A stretch of DNA of 64,000 bases from Epiperipatus broadwayi (taxonomy: Eukaryota; Animalia; Onychophora), in assembly GCA_028023455.1 (NCBI GenBank), contig JAQFVV010000001.1:1364001-1428000 (forward strand), in the 5' to 3' direction. This document shows, one piece after another, positions 13,301-64,000 of this stretch. Both the position numbers and the translations under genes were made by a program. The notes beneath the pieces were generated by a model. That model ran no database searches. It worked only from the letters and a program-made list of their open reading frames with translations, and was not told where the DNA came from. How positions within the stretch are numbered: position 1 is the first letter of the stretch; each line of letters starts with the position of its first letter.

Positions 13301-16153
13301 AGAGTAGCTTTGATAATTAAAGTATCAATTTTTTTGGCTGGAAAATGTTTATCTTTTAATCAAATGGTATGCTTTTTGAAATAAGCCACAAAGTTTTTCA
13401 AATGAAAAAATACTTTTAAAAAAATGCTTTAATAGTAATAGCAAGAAAGAATAAATATTTTAGTAGGATGTAATAGAAACTAATTGGAAAATTCTACCTC
13501 TTATATTCGGAAAGTTATTGAAATTCTATTTTAAGAATGAAGGCAGTACAATATATATATTTAAAAAACAACCAAATGACTTTTTAAAAAGAGATTTAAT
13601 TGGATAAAAATTAAATTTCAAAACAATGAGAACTGAATAGTTTCAAGAATAAAAAATGATAAAACTTGAGTTTTTTTTTTTGGGATAGTATTATAGCAAA
13701 TTAAAACTTATCAATGCATTACTCATTGTAGTACAGAAATGAAATACTTCAGAGGTATCTGTATGTATGAGTTTGAAAAAAGTTTTGATGAAAACAATTA
13801 GAAATAGTTTCATTAGACGTGGAGTCATTGATTCTAGAAATCTAAGAAGCTAAAAAATATTACAGAATACATTTATTAAATATATCTATGAATGACTTGT
13901 TAATAGCCTATTTAAATTGGATTTAGATATCAAAGAAAAATCTATCTGATAAAGAAATTGAAAGATTTGTTTAAATATTACAAAAGGATTGGAAATTGTG
14001 CATCATTTCTTAATGAAGCAGGAAAGTTTCACAACCATTTTTTAATTTGGAGGACATTCAAGATATTTTTGAAATGCTTTCAATGAGAATGAAACTGCTT
14101 AAAATTATAGATTTTTTTCAAATTTTGAAAAAGTATATATTCTTAAAGAAATTCAATATATTTTTATAACATCTATTTAAGATAAAAGATTAAGTCATCT
14201 TGTAATAACAATTTGTTCTCTACATAGTCATGGATCATAAAGAAGAGTAGCTCAAACTAAATTTCTTTTTTCAATTCACAACTAAATAGATTAAAGATTA
14301 TGCGTATTGTAAATGAAATCCATATAACGTTATATATAGTCTTCCTAGTTGGACAGATCACTAGGAGACATAGCTAGCCAATTAGAAATTACTGCATTAC
14401 ATATCCTTGAGAAAAATATATTTTGAATATCGGCAGCATTAATGCATTTCTAAAGATTGAGCTGTCATTTTTATACATAGTCCCATTATATATATATATA
14501 AAGACATATGTTCTGAGCTTTCTATTATAAAAATATCAAACCAAAAATTGCACAAATATTTGGGTATCACAGTTTCCAAACTAGTAATTTGCATTTAAAT
14601 GAATGGTGTAATCATATACAGATTAGAGCAGTGATAAACTGAAGTTCAAGGTCTTGCAGTCCATCTGTGTTATTTCTGATATTCTAAATTTTTGTGAACT
14701 TACCAGAAATAAACAATTTGATTATTTTATTGAATGGCATAAATAATTTTTAGTTAAATTATTTGAACTTAGTAAATAATTCTCTATTTACCTTGAATGT
14801 TTCCCCATTTTTCAGTTTTAAAACAAACAAAAAAATTTCTCATCAAACTTATTTATATGATTTCTTTAACATAAAAACATAATTCATTTTAATAATTTTT
14901 CTTTGCATATCTGAAATTGAACCAGGTTCTTTGGCTTATTAATTAAATAAGCATGTGATAGAATAGATAAGAAGTTTTTTAAAAAGGAATAGCATTCAAT
15001 AATCAGCTAAACATTTTTGGGGGGATTTTTCAAGTTTTTTTTCTGTCTTCTGGAAAAAAATGTGACATTAATATGCCCTTATAGTTTTTTTTTTATGTCT
15101 TAAAACACTAGTAAACTAATAATTGCAGTTATTTATTTTGACATAATGAATCTGTTCTTGATTTATATACTGAATATTTTTAAAGTTGAGTGTCCATATA
15201 AAATTTCTACTGTCATTTGATAATCATACTCTGAATATGGTTGGCTATCGTATTGCAAATGCATTTCCTTATTTTAATGTTAAAATGATTATGTAAATAC
15301 ATGGATACCTAAAAAATAAAATTCAGTTATTAGAAAAAAAATTATTAAAATCAAGACTTTTATTTGACATTATTACATAAATGAAAAAAAAAAGTTTACA
15401 ATTCATTAATACCATAAAAATGATATACTTTTTATTTCTTTTAAATTAAAAAAAAATAACACAATTTTTTTTCTGGGAATTTTGCATAATTTGAAAGGAA
15501 TCTTGAAGAAATAAGTAAAAAATAAATATAGTTAACATTACATAAAAAATATATATATAATTATGATGGAAGTATATTGATCCTTTAAATTCAAACTGGT
15601 CCTCAAGAAAAAGCAAACGTTGAGTATTAATACAGATAAACCAGGAAGATAATTTTTCATCTGTAAAAAAAAAAATAAATGGAAAAACAAAATGTGGAAT
15701 GAAATGACCCGTTAACTTTGACACAATCGTTTAATGAAGATTTAGGAATAAGTGGTTTCATAGAATTTTTTGAAATTATTTTGTCCAGTGACATTTATCA
15801 AAAAAAGAATTGAAACTTTGAGAAAATAAAATATATTTAAATTCAATAATGTATTAAATTTTTTCAAAGTAGAAGTTTATAATTTTTCTTAAAAAATAAA
15901 AATTTTAATGGAACTATAGATAAATAATTTAAATTGGGAAAATATTTTTAATGCACCATTTGAAATACTGTTCAACAGTTATCACATTTCTTCATTTAAA
16001 ACAGCAGTGTCTAATTGTACGAAGTGTGTACATGTGTATTTGTAAATATATGAAGTAAATATTTTCTGAAATAAAGCAAAATGTTAATCTTTAATAAAGT
16101 ACAATACTTTTCATCTTCCTGGTTATCTTATATAATGCTGCCCATATTAATAA

Positions 16154-60369
<44,216 letters not shown>

Positions 60370-60879
60370 CTACATACAAAAATAAAAAATAAATATTTGG
60401 ATAAATATAATGAGTTCATAAGCATTTTCAAACTTACACGACATTTTATTTAGATTAAAAACAATTTATGAAAGCTATTTGAAATATTTAATTTAGATTT
60501 ATTTAGCCATGCTATTATTCAAGTACCATATTTGTTATAAAAAATATATATTTTATAATAGGCATAAAAATCTTTTAAAATTTTGTCATACTTATTACAT
60601 ACAATATCTTTTTGTGATAATTCCAATGTTTGTTTTTTTTTATTCTACTTATGATTTAACTATCTAGCAGTCTTCTTCAAAAGTTTCTTGCTTTTATCTT
60701 TGGAAAAATAATCAGGTAGTCAAAATGTAAGTGAAAGTAAAAACATTAGAATAAAATGCAAAAAAGTAATTGATTTATTATATATACACACACTTTATTT
60801 TTTCTATTTTAGTATCATCTATTGTAACTTTGAGCATTAGTAATACTACACTCACAGCCCTAAATTATTTTTTAGTTAT

Positions 60880-61200
60880 TGACCATGAAGTATATATTCA
60901 TTAATTATTTAAGCTTACAATAGATGGTTTTAAAATAGAATAAATTATTGTTCCTATTGCAAGTATTGGTAAACAAAGCAAGTCATGAGATGCTTTATTT
61001 GATACAATAAATTCACAAATACCCTGTATACTTTATTGCAGTAGTAAAGTCGCAGACTCTGGGGCTCAAGTTTATAAATAATGGCTCCAACTCTGTCACT
61101 CTACTACTAAATTTCTTTTGAAAAATAAACTATTAAAATGTAGGAATAGAGAGGAGCCTAGAACTCAAGATCCTTAAGTATTAGTTCCAATTCTTTCATA
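60880..61200 (-). mobile_element. Decayed CR1/L2/Jockey-type RT remnant
   Basis: Minus-strand GS*VLGSSLFLHFN resembles PQGSVLGPLLF...IND, followed by a K.LG-like segment. Confidence 0.35.
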
Positions 61201-61589
61201 ATGTTAAAAAGATAATTTCCTCAACTATAGGATAATATTAAAATGTATTATTTATCAAAATATACACTTGGAGGCCTTAAAAGAACTGAGCAAGGCAAAT
61301 TCCTAATGTCCATTCCATACATTCTTGTTGTTGCAGCTATTATTACTATGTGATTATTCATATAGTATACAAATATGGATGGGCTGCTCACCAACACACA
61401 TTAGCTAGCGTGGTGAGTTTATAGGATTTTTACCTCTGAGTCTAAGATCAAGAAACACGATGGTCTTTCTTTTCAGTTGCCAGATAAGGCAGAATGAATG
61501 CATGTGCAAATGATAAATATTTTTTCAATAGATATGTACAATCATGACAAACAAAAAAAAATCATGGCCCTTATTCCCAGGAGGCTGTA

Positions 61590-64000
61590 AAGTCACCAAT
61601 CAAGGCAGCGGTTGGTGGTTGAAGGTGAGGGTGCTAAGAATTCCCTGATTATGGACCCAGGCTGCCATTTGATGATGACTTTTTATTTAAATACTTACAA
61701 CTGCAGATCACTTTCAAGTGAAGGAAGATTGCAAGAATTAGAAAAACTGTCTTATATTAAATGAGACACTGAACTTTGTGAAGTTAGAAGAAAAAGTGAA
61801 GAGACAATTGATTTAAAAAGTGGACATGTACTCTACTATAAAGGCACAAATATTGAAAATACAAGTGGAGTAGGATTTATTATAAATAAAAAATGAAAGA
61901 ACAACATTGTAGGGATTGATGATGTATTGGACAGAGTGGCAAGATAAGTTATACAACTTAATAGAAGATACCAAATGCAGATAATTCAGGTTTATGTCCC
62001 AACAATTTCACATAGTGATGAAGTAGTAGAAGATTTTTATGTGGATGTACAAAAGGCTTTTGATCAGGGTATTTTAAAATTGTTATGGGAGACTTTAATG
62101 CTAGAATTAGTAAACAAATGAAAGATGAGAAAGTGCTGCAGGTATTTTTGTTATAGTAATAGAAATGAGAGAGGACATAGACTTGTGGAGTTTGCAGAAA
62201 AAGAAAAACTTTATATTAAGAGTTCTTTTTTTGAGAAAAATGTTAAAAGGAAATAGAAATGGAAGCATCCAAATGAAGGTATAGCAGAATTGGATTATAT
62301 TTTGATTAAAAAAAAATACATATTTCAAGATTGTAATGTTCTTAATAAATTTAACACAGGAAGTGGCCATCGATTAGTAAGATGTAAGATATGTGTTAAA
62401 GCAAAACTAGAAAGACAAAAATTATAAAGAAAAACAATATTTACAGCAGTTGATATTCCTAATCTTCAGAAACATTCTAATGAATTTAAATTAGAACTTA
62501 CAAATCGGTTTCAAGTATTCGAAGATTTTGAACATGATTCAGATTTGAATGAAATTAATATGAAAATAACTGATACACTTTTAAAAACTGCAACAAAGAT
62601 AGCTGATAAAAAAAAGCAGCAATTGACCAATAAAATTTCTACTGAGACTAGAGAATTTATAAAGAAAAGAAGGAATATGAAGATATTCAAAAATGATGCA
62701 TTAAAAAGCATTGAATATCTTGAATTTTGTAAAATGGTGCGGAGAAGAGTTGAAATTGATATAAGAAAGCATAACTGTGAACTAGCAAGGAACACTGTAG
62801 AAGAGAATAAAAGTCTCAAGAGTGTAAAACAACATTTTGGTATTGGGAAAAAAATTATATCTGCAATAAGAAAAAAAGATGGATTTATTACTAAAAAGAG
62901 AGATGACATCATGAAATGGGTAGAAGACTTCTATCAAGAATTATATAATAATAAAGAACAAGTACCTCCTATATCTATTATATCTTCTGAATTGCCCAGA
63001 ATTTTAAATGGAGACATGCAATTAAATTTATGAAGAAAGGAAAGGCTCCAGGTAATGATGGAATTATAATTGATATATTAAAAGAAGCAGGTAAAGAAGT
63101 ATAAATTTTTTTAGTAAAGTTATATAGGAAATGTCTAAATGATAAAGATGTACCAGATGATTGGAGAATGCAGAATTAATATTAATATTTAAAAAAGATG
63201 ATAAAGAAGATATTAGAAATTGCAGATCTATCAGTCTTTTATCAGTTTTATACAAAAATTTTACCAAGATAATTACAACTCGTCTGCAGAGAACATTGGA
63301 TTTCCACCAACCAAGAGAACAAGCTGGATTTAAAAATGATTTTAATACAGTAGATCATATCCAGGTATTGAGAGAAGTTATATAAAAGAGAAATGAATAT
63401 GAGTTGCATTATGCTTTGGATTTGTAGATTATAAAGTCATTTGATTCTATAAACATTGTTTCAATGATTAAAGCATTAAATCATCAAGGTATAGATCCAG
63501 GATATTGTCATATTTTAAAGAATATTTATAAAAATGCAACAGCAACAATTAGATTACATAATGATACTAGGAAAGTCAACATTGAGAAGAGGTGTAAGAA
63601 AGTGTGACTCCATATCTTCAAAACTTTACAGCAGTGCTGCAAGGAGTATTTTGTGGATTAAAATGGGAAGCTAAAGGAGTGAAAGTAAATGGAGATTATT
63701 TAAGTCATTTAGATTTTGCAGATGATGTAGTTGTTTTTTGCAAATAATGTTTTAGAGCTACAGGAAATGTTGCAGGAGTTATCAGATAAAAGTAGGACTA
63801 AAGATAAATGTTAGACTAAAGTAATGTTTAATGGATTTTCTCAAAATATGAAAATAAAAATTGATTATGATGAATTCGAAGAAGTTAACAGCTACAAATA
63901 CCTTGGTCAGATTATTAATACAGATGGAAATATAATGGATGAAATTAATCATAGAATTAAACTTGGTCGGAGTGCTTTTGGTAGAAATAACTTGATATTA
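61590..64000 (+). mobile_element. RTE-clade LINE (APE endonuclease plus RT), pseudogenised, running off the window edge
   Basis: APE motifs TYNCRSL, LCEVRR, GVGFIINK, IIQVYVPT and MGDFNA. RT motifs KAPGNDGI, LILIFKK.DKEDIRN.RSISLLS..YK.FTKII..RL, EQAGF, FVDY..FDSI, L.FADDV and YKYLGQ. Many stops and frameshifts. Confidence 0.92.

Noticed and set aside
15100-16150. CYFIP polyadenylation site and 3' UTR end
   Set aside because: There are many AATAAA/ATTAAA hexamers in this AT-rich DNA, and none can be singled out without transcript data.
61565-61650. Possible HDV-like ribozyme at the RTE 5' end (GCTAAGAAT plus a CACCAATC/GGTTGGTG hairpin)
   Set aside because: I could not assemble P1, P1.1, P2 and P3, and the segment reads as the start of the RTE ORF.
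60370-64000. Next upstream CYFIP exon (expected ...NYCYN..TNR)
   Set aside because: No matching sequence was found, so it must lie beyond the window.

Overview
Very AT-rich, CpG-depleted eukaryotic DNA, most likely from an arthropod with long introns (inference from the CYFIP sequence and the TE content). The only well-supported host gene is CYFIP/Sra-1 on the minus strand. Nine exons (60369 down to 16154; 1240 nt) splice in frame through GT-AG introns and encode the C-terminal ~412 aa. The upstream exons lie beyond the right edge of the window. The introns and 3' flank are packed with mobile DNA: pogo/Tigger-like MITEs (TA TSD), hAT-Buster elements (8-bp nnnTAnnn TSD), a decayed Mag-like Ty3/Gypsy element, a solo LTR, a Penelope-like RT/GIY-YIG fragment, an Arc-like gag remnant, an RTE LINE and several LINE remnants. 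The most unusual structures both sit in one CYFIP intron (49707-60278). The first is a ~4.7-kb palindrome with ~2.1-kb arms that look like a long LTR and end next to a tRNA-Lys primer-binding site. The second is an inverted cluster of a ~380-bp repeat carrying a degenerate minimal type-I hammerhead ribozyme, as found in Penelope pseudo-LTRs. Most short ORFs in the supplied track are chance ORFs or TE fragments. No CRISPR array, rRNA or intact tRNA was found. All alignments were done by eye, so identities are estimates.
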